DNA from: a virus
Taxonomy: Duplodnaviria > Caudoviricetes
DNA length: 52,078 nt
Strand: one strand, 5' to 3'
IMG/VR virus record: IMGVR_UViG_3300021062_000003
Coordinates: 1-52,078 of that record
The notes below the pieces were generated by a model, which had not been told where the DNA came from, made no database searches, and saw only the letters and a list, made by a program, of their open reading frames with translations. A program made the translations under genes and the position numbers. This document shows, one piece after another, positions 1 through 9,010 of the stretch (the stretch's first letter is position 1; each line of letters opens with the position of its first letter).

Positions 1-127
1 ATAGCAGACCACAAGCTACGCCGCATCTGCTCGACGCGGACCCTCGAACGTGCGGCCCGTCATCGCACGGCCGGCGCGTCGATGAATGAGATCAAGGCCG
101 CTTACTTCGTGTCGTGGTCCGAAGATG
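1..127. repeat. 127-bp terminal direct repeat, copy 1 (circular assembly overlap)
   Basis: Identical to 51952..52078; lies mid-gene, and 127 is a common assembler k-mer length. Confidence 0.97.
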
Positions 128-162
128 AGAAGGCCAAAGCTCGGGCTGGGGGTGCGCTGTGA
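1..162 (+). CDS. 3' end of the AAA+ ATPase that starts at 51043 (wraps the join)
   Basis: Frame continues IADHKLRRICSTRTLERAA...GGAL to TGA at 160-162, overlapping the next GTG start. Confidence 0.88.
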   Translation: MADHKLRRICSTRTLERAARHRTAGASMNEIKAAYFVSWSEDEKAKARAGGAL

Positions 163-1001
163 CCTATCGCAGCATTGCATTTCCATCACTGGATGCGATG
201 ATCGACTATCGCAAGAATGCCCCGTTCGCCTGCGAAGCCAATCGGCTAATCTGCGAGGCATCCAACGCACACCATCACGCCAAAGGCGACAACGCCAAGG
301 GCAAGTTTTGGAACGGACACACGCCAGAATCATTGCTCCGAGACGCATTGACGCCACCAGCCGAGCTTGTGCAGCGGGTGGGGGATTTTCGCGATGAATT
401 GCTCAAAACGATCGACCTGCCTCCCATTACTAAGCGGAAGCGTGTCATGTATCAAGAGCAGGGAAGCGAGCTTGACCCTGAAATGGTGTCGAGACGCCAG
501 CCGAACCCGTGGGAGGATATTCGCCGAGTCCAGCATCGACAGGCAAGAGTTTTGAATGTGGGCGTAAATCTGGCCGTGGCATGGAACGCGCCTCCATCGG
601 CGACATTCTGGCGAGGCGCTGCGGTTGCGGCCATATGCGACATTCTCACCGATCGCCATTGCAGCGTAGGCGTAACCGCATTTGCGGCAGTTGAAAGAGC
701 GGCAAAATACGATCGGAACTCCGACCATCTTATAACCTGCACCGTCAAGCGCCCAGACATGCCCGTAGACATCGGTGCAATTTCAATGTGCCTTGCTGAA
801 ATCGCGTTCTATCGAATTGTGTTCATCATGTCCAGAGTCAAGCATATGCCCGTTCGATCTACCAGCCACACGGGAATAAGTCGATTACTGACGCCGACCG
901 AATCGACTGGATTCGATGTCATCGTTGACCATGATTGCATGACCAAAACCGCAGCAATCAAAGCTATCACCGAGTCGGTTTTATTCGCCCAAAATGTTTG
1001 A
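159..1001 (+). CDS. VWA-like partner protein of the MoxR/CbbQ-type AAA ATPase
   Basis: 280 aa, coupled to the AAA gene (GTGA overlap); segment VLNVGVNLAVAW...RGAAVAAICDIL resembles degenerate VWA folds found next to phage AAA genes. Confidence 0.6.
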   Translation: MTYRSIAFPSLDAMIDYRKNAPFACEANRLICEASNAHHHAKGDNAKGKFWNGHTPESLLRDALTPPAELVQRVGDFRDELLKTIDLPPITKRKRVMYQEQGSELDPEMVSRRQPNPWEDIRRVQHRQARVLNVGVNLAVAWNAPPSATFWRGAAVAAICDILTDRHCSVGVTAFAAVERAAKYDRNSDHLITCTVKRPDMPVDIGAISMCLAEIAFYRIVFIMSRVKHMPVRSTSHTGISRLLTPTESTGFDVIVDHDCMTKTAAIKAITESVLFAQNV

Positions 1002-1009
1002 TCTTCCCC

Positions 1010-1037
1010 TTGCCTGATCGCCGATTGGAAGTATACT
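1010..1037 (+). promoter_or_regulatory. sigma70-like promoter
   Basis: TTGCCT-16 nt-TATACT upstream of AGGAG RBS and ATG at 1078. Confidence 0.65.
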
Positions 1038-1077
1038 TTCCTCACAAGCAACCTTTTTCATCAGGAGTAGGAACCCG

Positions 1078-2379
1078 ATGGCAACCATGACGACAATGCA
1101 GGCCCAAGCCTTGCAGCGAGTGCAAGCCGGAATAAGCACAACAAACTATGAACGTATCACTGCGGGCCTCTGGGCCAAGGGGATTCCTCTTGATGACATC
1201 AAGCCGCGTGAAAACGTGTTTACGTTCCACGCATGGAAGGCGCTTGGCCGATCCGTCCGCAAGGGCGAGCATGGCGTCAAGGTTCAGACTTGGGTTGAGC
1301 GGTTCGACAAAGACAACCCGAGCAAGCTGATTGCTCGCTTCCCGAAGCACACGACCGTTTTCCACATTTCACAGACTGATATCACCGGAGAGCCGATGGA
1401 CCCAGCACCGACGACCAACGAGCCGACGCCCAGGCCATCGCGATCATCGCCGGCCGACAAGCTCCGCAGCCAATGCGAGACGATCGCGGCCAAGATCAAA
1501 GACCTTGAAGCGCCGCGACGGGAGAACACGCCCAAAAGAGCGCGTGAGGGCATGAGCCGGCGACTGGATGCCGCGAATCTGGAGCGTACACGCCGCGCCA
1601 TGATCGCACTGGCCGAAGCGTGGGACGCGGGCAAGTGCCCCGAGAACCTGCAAGACCTGAAAACCCGGTCGGCGATCGAGCCGATGGTTAGCAAGCTGGC
1701 CGACACCAGCCGCGGCTACTACGTCGTCGTGGAATCCAGCAAGTATCGAGACGACGGCCCGCAGGCCCAAGCGTTGCGGCAGTTCGTCGCCGAATGGACT
1801 GGCGACAAGCACTCCGCACAGGACGCCGAACAGGCCAAACGTGATCGCATCCGCAAGATGGAGGACGATATCAAGTTCCAAAAGATCGACGGATTTTTCC
1901 CGACACCGCTATCACTCATCATGCAGATGATCCATCGTGCGAAGATTGAATCGGGAATGAAGATTCTGGAGCCCTCGGCTGGCAAGGGTGATATCGCGGA
2001 AACCATCGGCGGCAACGTGCATTGTTTCGAGCTTCGCCCCTTCCTGGCCGACATCATCAAGGCCAAGGGCATTTCGTGCGAATGCTGCGATTTTCTGGAC
2101 ATGACGCCAGAGCCGATCTATGACCGCGTGTTGATGAATCCGCCGTTTGAGAAGCTGCAAGATATCGAACACGTCCGCGCGGCGTTTGATTGGCTCAAGC
2201 CCGGCGGCCGGTTGGTGGCGATTGTCTCGGCATCGTTCGAGTTTCACCAGCGGGCCGCATGGTTCCGTACATGGCTCGAAGAGGTTGTCGCCGAGGTTCA
2301 TTCCAACGCTCCCGACGCCTTCAAGGACGCTTTCCGCTCAACTTCGGTACAAACCCGCATGTTGGTCATCGGCCGTTGA
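1078..2379 (+). CDS. ArdC-like N-terminal ssDNA-binding domain fused to an amino (N6-adenine type) DNA methyltransferase
   Basis: N-term TFHAWKALGRSVRKGEHG...VFHISQT (ArdC-N pattern); C-term FFPTP, ILEPSAGKG (SAM binding), MNPPF (catalytic), LKPGGRLVAI. Confidence 0.8.
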   Translation: MATMTTMQAQALQRVQAGISTTNYERITAGLWAKGIPLDDIKPRENVFTFHAWKALGRSVRKGEHGVKVQTWVERFDKDNPSKLIARFPKHTTVFHISQTDITGEPMDPAPTTNEPTPRPSRSSPADKLRSQCETIAAKIKDLEAPRRENTPKRAREGMSRRLDAANLERTRRAMIALAEAWDAGKCPENLQDLKTRSAIEPMVSKLADTSRGYYVVVESSKYRDDGPQAQALRQFVAEWTGDKHSAQDAEQAKRDRIRKMEDDIKFQKIDGFFPTPLSLIMQMIHRAKIESGMKILEPSAGKGDIAETIGGNVHCFELRPFLADIIKAKGISCECCDFLDMTPEPIYDRVLMNPPFEKLQDIEHVRAAFDWLKPGGRLVAIVSASFEFHQRAAWFRTWLEEVVAEVHSNAPDAFKDAFRSTSVQTRMLVIGR

Positions 2380-2422
2380 ACAGCCCAACCCCGCCACGGC
2401 CGAAAGGCTCTGGCGGCGGATT

Positions 2423-2438
2423 GTCCCCAATTGGGGAC
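2423..2438. repeat. GTCCCCAATTGGGGAC palindrome, copy 1 (intergenic)
   Basis: Perfect match; extends to TTGTCCCCAATTGGGGACAA; just upstream of the RBS of the gene at 2461. Confidence 0.98.
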
Positions 2439-2460
2439 AATATCAGGAGAACGAAATGCC

Positions 2461-2766
2461 ATGACCACCCAAGCACAAAAGCAGTACAGGGCGGACCGCC
2501 TCAGCTTTGCCGTGTCTGATGCTGGCGAAGCGATGGCAGCCGCAAGCGGGCACGGCCTGGAGCTGCGCCGCTGCGGATCGTATCACTACCAGATCAGGCC
2601 AGTCCAAGGCCCGGAATGGATCATCAACCTCTGGCCGTCAACGGGCAAGATGCACTTTGACGACATACCCGAGGCCGGCAAGGCTGGACGGGCGCCGCGG
2701 ATTCAGCCCAAACAGAAATGGACGCTGCTTGATATTGTGCAACTTGTGATAGGAGCAAAGCAATGA
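2461..2766 (+). CDS. hypothetical phage protein
   Basis: ORF with AGGAG upstream, in the + early cluster. Confidence 0.7.
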   Translation: MTTQAQKQYRADRLSFAVSDAGEAMAAASGHGLELRRCGSYHYQIRPVQGPEWIINLWPSTGKMHFDDIPEAGKAGRAPRIQPKQKWTLLDIVQLVIGAKQ

Positions 2767-2809
2767 GAAATCTCGCGTCCGAGCCGTTGATGGGGTGGGA
2801 GGGGGAACG

Positions 2810-3034
2810 ATGAAAACTAAAGGCATCATCGGTCAACGCATCGTCGAGATTCGACAGACGAAGCATCCGGCGGACAAGGAACACAATCGTCCCGCGTGCG
2901 TGGAAGTAACGCACATCGTCCTAGAGAACGGCACCACACTGATTCCCAACGTAATCGAACGTGAGGACTACTACGCGACGGAGTTTCTGGTCATCAAGAA
3001 GCCTCGTGGTGGAAAGGCGGCCCCCCATGCGTGA
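2810..3034 (+). CDS. hypothetical phage protein
   Basis: GGAGG RBS; overlaps the next start. Confidence 0.65.
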   Translation: MKTKGIIGQRIVEIRQTKHPADKEHNRPACVEVTHIVLENGTTLIPNVIEREDYYATEFLVIKKPRGGKAAPHA

Positions 3035-3404
3035 GAACAACGCTAGGGCGGAACATACGCCTGGACTGCTCCATATCGAAGAGCCGCACGAATCCACCTT
3101 TCAAGACACTATTGCAATCATGGGAGGCGAGACTGGAGAGGCACAGATTGCCGCCGTGTACCCAATGGGTGATGACGACGAGGTTGGTACCAAAGAGTGT
3201 CGGTATCACGCCGAATCTCTCGCCAACGCCCGCCGCCTCGTCACCTGCTGGAACTGCCACGACGATTTGGTCGCGGCGTGCCGAGAGGCGTTGAAGGTCG
3301 TTGACGAATGTTATGAAGCGACCGGCCACATCCACGTAGCCAAAACTTCTAATCAGCGGATGCTCATCGACGCCGCCCTCGCGAAAGCAGGGCGGCAGAC
3401 GTGA
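3027..3404 (+). CDS. hypothetical phage protein
   Basis: Overlap-coupled; ANARRLVTCWN...DLVAACREAL pattern common in small phage early proteins. Confidence 0.7.
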   Translation: MRENNARAEHTPGLLHIEEPHESTFQDTIAIMGGETGEAQIAAVYPMGDDDEVGTKECRYHAESLANARRLVTCWNCHDDLVAACREALKVVDECYEATGHIHVAKTSNQRMLIDAALAKAGRQT

Positions 3405-3829
3405 CGACGTTCGACCCGAACAAGCCGGTGCAGACGCGCAATGGACGCAAGGTCAAGGTGTTCATGACCGATGCCGGTGGCACACATCCGATCCTGGGAG
3501 CCATCAAATTGGACGCTTCCATGTGGGGGTCGGCGCGATGGGCCGAGAATGGATGCTATTGCTGCGATGGCAGAGAACACTTCTACGACCTCATCAACGT
3601 CCCCGAGCCGGTGGTGAGCTATCAGGTGGTGTGCGCCCGCGTTGGCGAAGGCTCGGTTCCCTATATTGGAATGCCGTACACGTCAATTGAAACAGCGAGG
3701 CTCGATGCAAAGGGGCTGGCTAATCGCGGCCATTATCCCGCCTTCATCCTCAAGCTCACCCGCACCGGCCCCGCCTCCGCGCCGAGCGTGAGCGTGGAGC
3801 GGGTGGAGTTGGAAGGGGGTGTCGCATGA
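3401..3829 (+). CDS. hypothetical phage protein
   Basis: GTGA coupling; FDPNKPVQTRNGRKV N-terminus typical of a small phage family. Confidence 0.7.
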   Translation: MTTFDPNKPVQTRNGRKVKVFMTDAGGTHPILGAIKLDASMWGSARWAENGCYCCDGREHFYDLINVPEPVVSYQVVCARVGEGSVPYIGMPYTSIETARLDAKGLANRGHYPAFILKLTRTGPASAPSVSVERVELEGGVA

Positions 3830-4083
3830 ACTACGACACTTGCACGATTGATGAACTGCGCGATGAGTTGGCGCGGGTCAAGATTGAGGCATCGAATCTT
3901 CGAGCTAGCAATCGACAACTGCAAATCGACCGCGATGCCCTGCTTGCGCTTACCTCCAAGATGGAGAGGTCGGAGCGTTTGATCGCGTGGGTGGTTAATG
4001 ATCGGCAGATTGAGTTCATTCAGAGCGGCGTCGTGCGTGATCGCATCAAGCAATGTCTTGTGAAGGACCAGCCCCATGCCTAA
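3826..4083 (+). CDS. hypothetical coiled-coil protein
   Basis: ATGA coupling, heptad-like composition. Confidence 0.65.
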   Translation: MNYDTCTIDELRDELARVKIEASNLRASNRQLQIDRDALLALTSKMERSERLIAWVVNDRQIEFIQSGVVRDRIKQCLVKDQPHA

Positions 4084-4423
4084 CCCCACGCCCGAGCAAG
4101 TCGTCGTCGCGATGGCGCAGGCGTGCGAGGACGCTTGCAACGCTGGATATTCATTGCCGCAGGATGTGGAGATTCTGGCGGGAGCCAAGCGTCGAAGCGA
4201 TGAACGTGTCGCCCGAATGTACCTCACTCTCGCCCCCGTAGCCGCGCTGATGCGTGCGGCGGAAGCGGTCAGAGACTACCACCTGATGCCAGCGAACGAG
4301 TTTGACGCCAAGTATCCCCACTGGGCGACTCTTGACGAAGGCGACGTACTGATGCTTCAACTCGACCAAGCCCTCGCCGCCCTGCACGCCATCGCGAAGG
4401 AGTCCCCCCATGCCAAACAATGA
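4076..4423 (+). CDS. hypothetical phage protein
   Basis: Overlap-coupled ORF with AAGGA upstream. Confidence 0.65.
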   Translation: MPNPTPEQVVVAMAQACEDACNAGYSLPQDVEILAGAKRRSDERVARMYLTLAPVAALMRAAEAVRDYHLMPANEFDAKYPHWATLDEGDVLMLQLDQALAALHAIAKESPHAKQ

Positions 4424-5597
4424 AAACGCCGGGCCGGTCGAGTCGATTCTTACAGAGAGCGATTGGGTAAGCCTCAACTCCATCGCGAGAAGTCACGGCT
4501 TCAAGAAGCGGCTTGACGCATTTCGCGCCTCCCTCGCCCGCCAAGCCGACGAGGCGACCGTGCCGACGGATGTGGCGATGGAGACGGTAATCGAAGAGTT
4601 GGAAGCGTGGAAAGACGGCCGCAAGTCTTGGACCAACCTCGGCCATCCGCCTGATGTCATCGCCACAATGGACGCGCAGGAGGTCGTGAAACTCTCTGCA
4701 TACATTCAGGCCCGTGCCGCCCTCATCCGCCCATCCGCCCCTGCGGAACAACCGCGATACCCGCATGGCGTCGATCGGGATGGGCATTGCAAACGGTGCG
4801 GCCTCAAGGATGAACCCGACGAGGAGTCGATGGAGCCGCATGTATGTCCGCCTGGATTCTCATCCGCCCCTGCGGGCGATGTGGCGATTGGCGATGAGCA
4901 GTTGAACAAATGGCTGCAACTGGCTGACTCAGCCACGATGGGGCCGTGGTACGCATCTGCCAACCGCCCAAATCAGCCAGAAGATCATTGGGGCGAATGG
5001 TCGGTGGATTCAATGGCGGCCGATGACAAGATCATCGCGCAGAACCCTGCCAGAGACCGGCTTGAACGGGAGAACGCCGCTCAGGCCACGATTTCGGACA
5101 ACTTCTACGCCAAGGCAGACGCCGAATTCTGCGCCGCCGCTCGTAATGCAATGCCTCGCCTTATCGCCGAGGTTCGTCGTCTCGCCGCCCTCATCCGCCC
5201 CCACGTCACGGACGCGGGGTTGCGGGAGGCGTTGGAGGAATGCCATTCCGCACTTTTTGTGCTTTTCAGCGATCGTGATGGAAACTTTCCAGAGAAGGTG
5301 AACACGCCTCTTGGCGTTCCCATGAAACTTCGCGACATCGTCGAATCCGCCCGCCGCGCCCTCACCGCGACCGCGAGCGGGGGGCAGTGGCGGTCGATAT
5401 CTGAAGCGCCGAAGGATGGGACGCAGGTAATCATCGGCAGCACCAAATGCAACGCGGTGATGCTCTCCACCTACTCGCCCGGCGCTGATTGGTGGCGAGG
5501 CTGGGGACCGCAAAAAGGACCGACCCACTATCAACCGCTCCCCCTCCCGCCCGCCCCAGCCACGGCGGAGCAGGGCACGAAAGGCGGTGCCGATTGA
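4410..5597 (+). CDS. mosaic Ead/Ea22-like protein with C-terminal DUF551-like domain
   Basis: LADSATMGPW...ADAEFCAAARNAMPRLIAEVRRL (Ead/Ea22-like); WRSISEAPKDGT...PTHYQPLPLPP (DUF551-like). Confidence 0.7.
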   Translation: MPNNENAGPVESILTESDWVSLNSIARSHGFKKRLDAFRASLARQADEATVPTDVAMETVIEELEAWKDGRKSWTNLGHPPDVIATMDAQEVVKLSAYIQARAALIRPSAPAEQPRYPHGVDRDGHCKRCGLKDEPDEESMEPHVCPPGFSSAPAGDVAIGDEQLNKWLQLADSATMGPWYASANRPNQPEDHWGEWSVDSMAADDKIIAQNPARDRLERENAAQATISDNFYAKADAEFCAAARNAMPRLIAEVRRLAALIRPHVTDAGLREALEECHSALFVLFSDRDGNFPEKVNTPLGVPMKLRDIVESARRALTATASGGQWRSISEAPKDGTQVIIGSTKCNAVMLSTYSPGADWWRGWGPQKGPTHYQPLPLPPAPATAEQGTKGGAD

Positions 5598-5812
5598 TCC
5601 AGTTCCAGCAAAAACACGACGCGAATCTGGACGAAGCCGTTGATATCATGCTGGCCGGCGGCCTTCATTGTCCACGCTGCGGCGGCTTCACGCCCAAGCA
5701 CAAGCTCGAATGGCGAGTGGTTCACAAGTCCCTTGACCGCGACCAGCCCGACGACACAGAGCCCGTGTGTCAGCATTGCAACCGGACGTGCGACGAATCG
5801 AACATTCTGTGA
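5594..5812 (+). CDS. small zinc-finger protein
   Basis: CPRC...CQHC; TTG start overlapping the upstream TGA. Confidence 0.55.
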   Translation: MIQFQQKHDANLDEAVDIMLAGGLHCPRCGGFTPKHKLEWRVVHKSLDRDQPDDTEPVCQHCNRTCDESNIL

Positions 5813-5831
5813 TATAGTTGCTTGACAAACA

Positions 5832-6038
5832 ATGGAACGAACACTAAAAACAAAAGACGTTGCCGCCAAGTGGCGATCGAGCCTGCATTGGGTTCGGATG
5901 CGGCGGGCAATCGTGAGCGACAAGCTCGGCCGGCAGATCGGCGAGCAACGCGAGCGTAGGGAATGGTGGTTTTCACCCGCCGAAGTGGCCCTGATGGCGA
6001 CGGATCAGCCACGCGGGCGGCCCAAGAAGCAAGAGTAG
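5832..6038 (+). CDS. small HTH DNA-binding protein with RGRP tail
   Basis: TKDVAAKW HTH-like start, WWFSPAEV, C-term PRGRPKK; extended -10 TGATATAGT at 5810-5818. Confidence 0.6.
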   Translation: MERTLKTKDVAAKWRSSLHWVRMRRAIVSDKLGRQIGEQRERREWWFSPAEVALMATDQPRGRPKKQE

Positions 6039-6058
6039 CCGGTAAATAGCCCGGCATG

Positions 6059-6086
6059 AAACCCCGGAATCGCCACCGGGGTTTTT
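6059..6086. terminator. intrinsic terminator between convergent operons
   Basis: AAACCCCGG-8 nt-CCGGGGTTTTT hairpin. Confidence 0.8.
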
Positions 6087-6963
6087 ATTCGGCCGTGTCG
6101 AAAATGTGCCGCAGCACCGTGTTCCGGTCGGCTTTGGCCTTGACGATCCACTCCCGAACGTCCTTGAAGCCCTCTGGCGGCCAGCAGAGCCGAACCGACC
6201 GGCAACCCGGCTTCAATGCCTCGACGAGCGCCTTGGCCCCTTCCTGGCCCGCACACCGGCCGAGCTTGTCGGGCTTGTCAAAGTCGCCGATGACGACGGT
6301 TTCCCGATCCCGGCACATGCGGATACAGGGCACGACGCCGCCCCGGCAGTGTGGTCGGCCGATGGCTTGGAATCCGAGATCGAGCAAGGCCGCGCAATCG
6401 CTGGCACCCTCGACGATGACGGCGCCCCGCGTCAGATCATGGTCGTGAGCGTAAAACAAACCTTCCCGACTACCTGTGACGCTGTATTTCTTGCCATGAT
6501 CCGGCCGAAGCCTGACCCCGACGACCTGCCCCGGATTGCCGTCCACCATTTCCAGCCGCATCGGGTATGCCCAGCAGCCGCGGGCATTGCAAGGTGTGTT
6601 GATGGCCTGTAGTTCGGCTTGGGGTGCCCATCCCGTCCGCAGCCGGTGCAGGCTTGGGAACGCAACCCCAAGACGTTGAGCATGTTTCAGCAAATGTTCA
6701 GGCTCGCATTCCTGAAACCATTTCTTTGCCAAAGGCGCGAAGTTCGGTGGCGGCAACGGTGGCGGCGGCTGATATCTCGCCCGCGGAATGCTGGCGTCGA
6801 GAACGTGCATGTAGCCGCCAAACTCGCCGTGCTTGTCTTTCAGCGGCCGATCGGACGGGACGCGCATGCACTTGGCTTCACGGCCATCGTCGGTGTACGT
6901 ACACCATGTATCGTGGTCGCACACGGGGCAATGGTGTGATCGACTGACTCGCTTGTACCTCAT
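6085..6963 (-). CDS. DNA primase (Zn-binding domain + TOPRIM)
   Basis: CPVC..WC...CMR Zn motif; IVEGASD and IGDFD TOPRIM acidic motifs; KDVREW. Confidence 0.8.
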   Translation of the reverse strand: MRYKRVSRSHHCPVCDHDTWCTYTDDGREAKCMRVPSDRPLKDKHGEFGGYMHVLDASIPRARYQPPPPLPPPNFAPLAKKWFQECEPEHLLKHAQRLGVAFPSLHRLRTGWAPQAELQAINTPCNARGCWAYPMRLEMVDGNPGQVVGVRLRPDHGKKYSVTGSREGLFYAHDHDLTRGAVIVEGASDCAALLDLGFQAIGRPHCRGGVVPCIRMCRDRETVVIGDFDKPDKLGRCAGQEGAKALVEALKPGCRSVRLCWPPEGFKDVREWIVKAKADRNTVLRHIFDTAE

Positions 6964-8636
6964 ACTCCAACCGGCTCTTGTTCAGGCGAAAGTTTTTTCC
7001 AGCCATTCTTCGACAGTGCGTTCATATATGCACCCGCCTTTTGGAAGCTCCAACTTGCCGCATCTTCGTACCCCTTGTTCACCAGGAAGCGGGCTTGCTT
7101 GAAGGTGCAAAGGCCATTGGCTCGGCGTTCTTTGAAGCCATCAATGAGCTTGCTCGCCTCGGAGAACGTCAGATTCGCTGGGTTGGGCACGCCAGCATTC
7201 GTCAGAACCTCGATCTGACGATCTGTGGGCTTGCGTCCCTTGTGCCACGCGGCTTCGCGGCCCGGCGTGATGTCCAGCACATCGAAGGGGTTCATGTCCT
7301 GCACGCGGAACTTGGCCTTCGCCTTGATGGCTCGCCGCTTGGCCTCGCTGATATCACGCTCGGCTTGCTCCAGGGCCGCTGCCATGTCAACTTCTTCGTT
7401 GCCCTTCTTCTTGGCGATGTCGCGGGCCTTGGCAACCACCTCATCCGACAGTTTGCCGCCCAAGATGTCTTCCGGCGCAATCAGCTTGTGCCGACCGCTG
7501 TTGCCCACAAAGTCAAGGATCAAGCATGACGGCTTGGCCGACCCCGCAATCCGATTCTTTCGCTGGGCAGGATCGGCAACGTGGTCGATGACGCCGGGCA
7601 GAATTCGCATTCCCCGGCCGGCCATCTGAGCGTACAACGCCCGGCTCTTGGTCGGACGGGCCATGACGACGACTTCAATGCCCGGCGAGTCGAAGCCTTC
7701 CGTGGCGACCCCGACGTTGCAAAGGGTCTGAAATCGGCCGGCCGCATAGTCCGCGAGCATCTGTCGCCGCTCATCCTTGGGTGTCCCGCCGTGGACGATC
7801 CGGGCCGACTGGGGATTGTGGCGGTTGAATATCTCGCTGATCCGCTCGGCTTGCTTCACCGTTCCGGCAAAGACCAATGTGCGACGGTTGCCTGCTATCT
7901 CGATTGTCGGATTGACGACGCCATGAAGATTTGATTCCTCCTCCAGCAGTTCAGCCAGATCGGCGCCGTTCAGGTCGCCCGCCGTCGTTCGCACGTTCGA
8001 GAAGTCCAAGCCATCGACAAACACCTGCCGACTCTTGACCGGGACCAAGTAACCGCCGTGGATCGCGTCGAGGATGCCATATTCGTAGGCGACCGACTGG
8101 TAAATCTGGCCCAACGCTTCTTCATCGCCCCGATCCGGCGTGGCCGTGACGCCCAGGTGCTTGCATTGCGGGTTCGAGGCACAGAAGTAATCCGTGACCT
8201 TGCGATACGTTTCGGCGGTCGAGTGATGGGCCTCATCGGTCCAGAATAGGCAGAAGTCTGACGGACGGAATCGATCCATCCGGCCGCCTCGACTCATGGA
8301 AAGCGTCTGGACCGTGGCGAACACGACGCGGGCCGGATCGGCTCCGAACATGCCCGGAGTTTCGTCTGACCACTGATCGGCCATTTCGATCGCGACATGC
8401 TCGCCCGTGATTTTCTCGATCGCCTTCGCGCCCTGAAAAATCAGTTCTTCTCTGTGGGCGATGCACATGACCCGCTTGCGTGGGTTGGCGTCAAGGTGTC
8501 GTCGGATGATTTCGGCCGCCGTGACGGTCTTGCCGCATCCAGTGGGCAGCGTAACCAGCGTCGATTGCACCGTCTGGAACTGATCCATGACGGCATCGAC
8601 GGCCTCCTGCTGGTAATCACGCAAGCTGATGGTCAA
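6960..8636 (-). CDS. superfamily 2 DEAD/DEAH-box helicase
   Basis: LRDYQ, PTGCGKT, DEAHH, TATPDR, TEGFD, QMAGRGMR motifs. Confidence 0.93.
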   Translation of the reverse strand: MTISLRDYQQEAVDAVMDQFQTVQSTLVTLPTGCGKTVTAAEIIRRHLDANPRKRVMCIAHREELIFQGAKAIEKITGEHVAIEMADQWSDETPGMFGADPARVVFATVQTLSMSRGGRMDRFRPSDFCLFWTDEAHHSTAETYRKVTDYFCASNPQCKHLGVTATPDRGDEEALGQIYQSVAYEYGILDAIHGGYLVPVKSRQVFVDGLDFSNVRTTAGDLNGADLAELLEEESNLHGVVNPTIEIAGNRRTLVFAGTVKQAERISEIFNRHNPQSARIVHGGTPKDERRQMLADYAAGRFQTLCNVGVATEGFDSPGIEVVVMARPTKSRALYAQMAGRGMRILPGVIDHVADPAQRKNRIAGSAKPSCLILDFVGNSGRHKLIAPEDILGGKLSDEVVAKARDIAKKKGNEEVDMAAALEQAERDISEAKRRAIKAKAKFRVQDMNPFDVLDITPGREAAWHKGRKPTDRQIEVLTNAGVPNPANLTFSEASKLIDGFKERRANGLCTFKQARFLVNKGYEDAASWSFQKAGAYMNALSKNGWKKLSPEQEPVGV

Positions 8637-9010
8637 AACGGCACTCCTGAGATATCAACGTCTTGAGCCCGCCGCGTGTTGGCCTCGGCACAGTTGCGGG
8701 AGCGGGTTTTCTTCACCAGATGCCGAGGATTGCAGCATGACGGGTAAAGGCACTGGTGGTCGATCTGCCAAAGCTCCGGTATGGTTGCCACGAACACGGC
8801 ATATGTGACCCGATGCACCCACAACGGCTTGCCCTTGATCTTGATTCGTCCATATCCCTTCGCATCCTTCGCGCCCTGCCACTCCCAGCACGGCCCCAAC
8901 TTGTGCCCCCGGTCCACCTGCCTGATCTTCGACATCATCCGCAGAAGATCAGGCAGGTCCAAGTGGAGCCGCAGCCGCTTGGCGGGTTTGATGCAGCGGG
9001 CACGGCTCAT
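8633..9010 (-). CDS. HNH endonuclease (His-Me finger)
   Basis: CWEWQG...GYGRI...VHRVTY...IDHQC..PSCCNPRHL; start placed at the ATGA overlap (9010). Confidence 0.85.
   Translation of the reverse strand: MSRARCIKPAKRLRLHLDLPDLLRMMSKIRQVDRGHKLGPCWEWQGAKDAKGYGRIKIKGKPLWVHRVTYAVFVATIPELWQIDHQCLYPSCCNPRHLVKKTRSRNCAEANTRRAQDVDISGVPF

Noticed and set aside
1-127. Biological terminal repeat or att site
   Set aside because: It falls mid-gene and matches a common assembler k-mer length, so a circular assembly overlap explains it best
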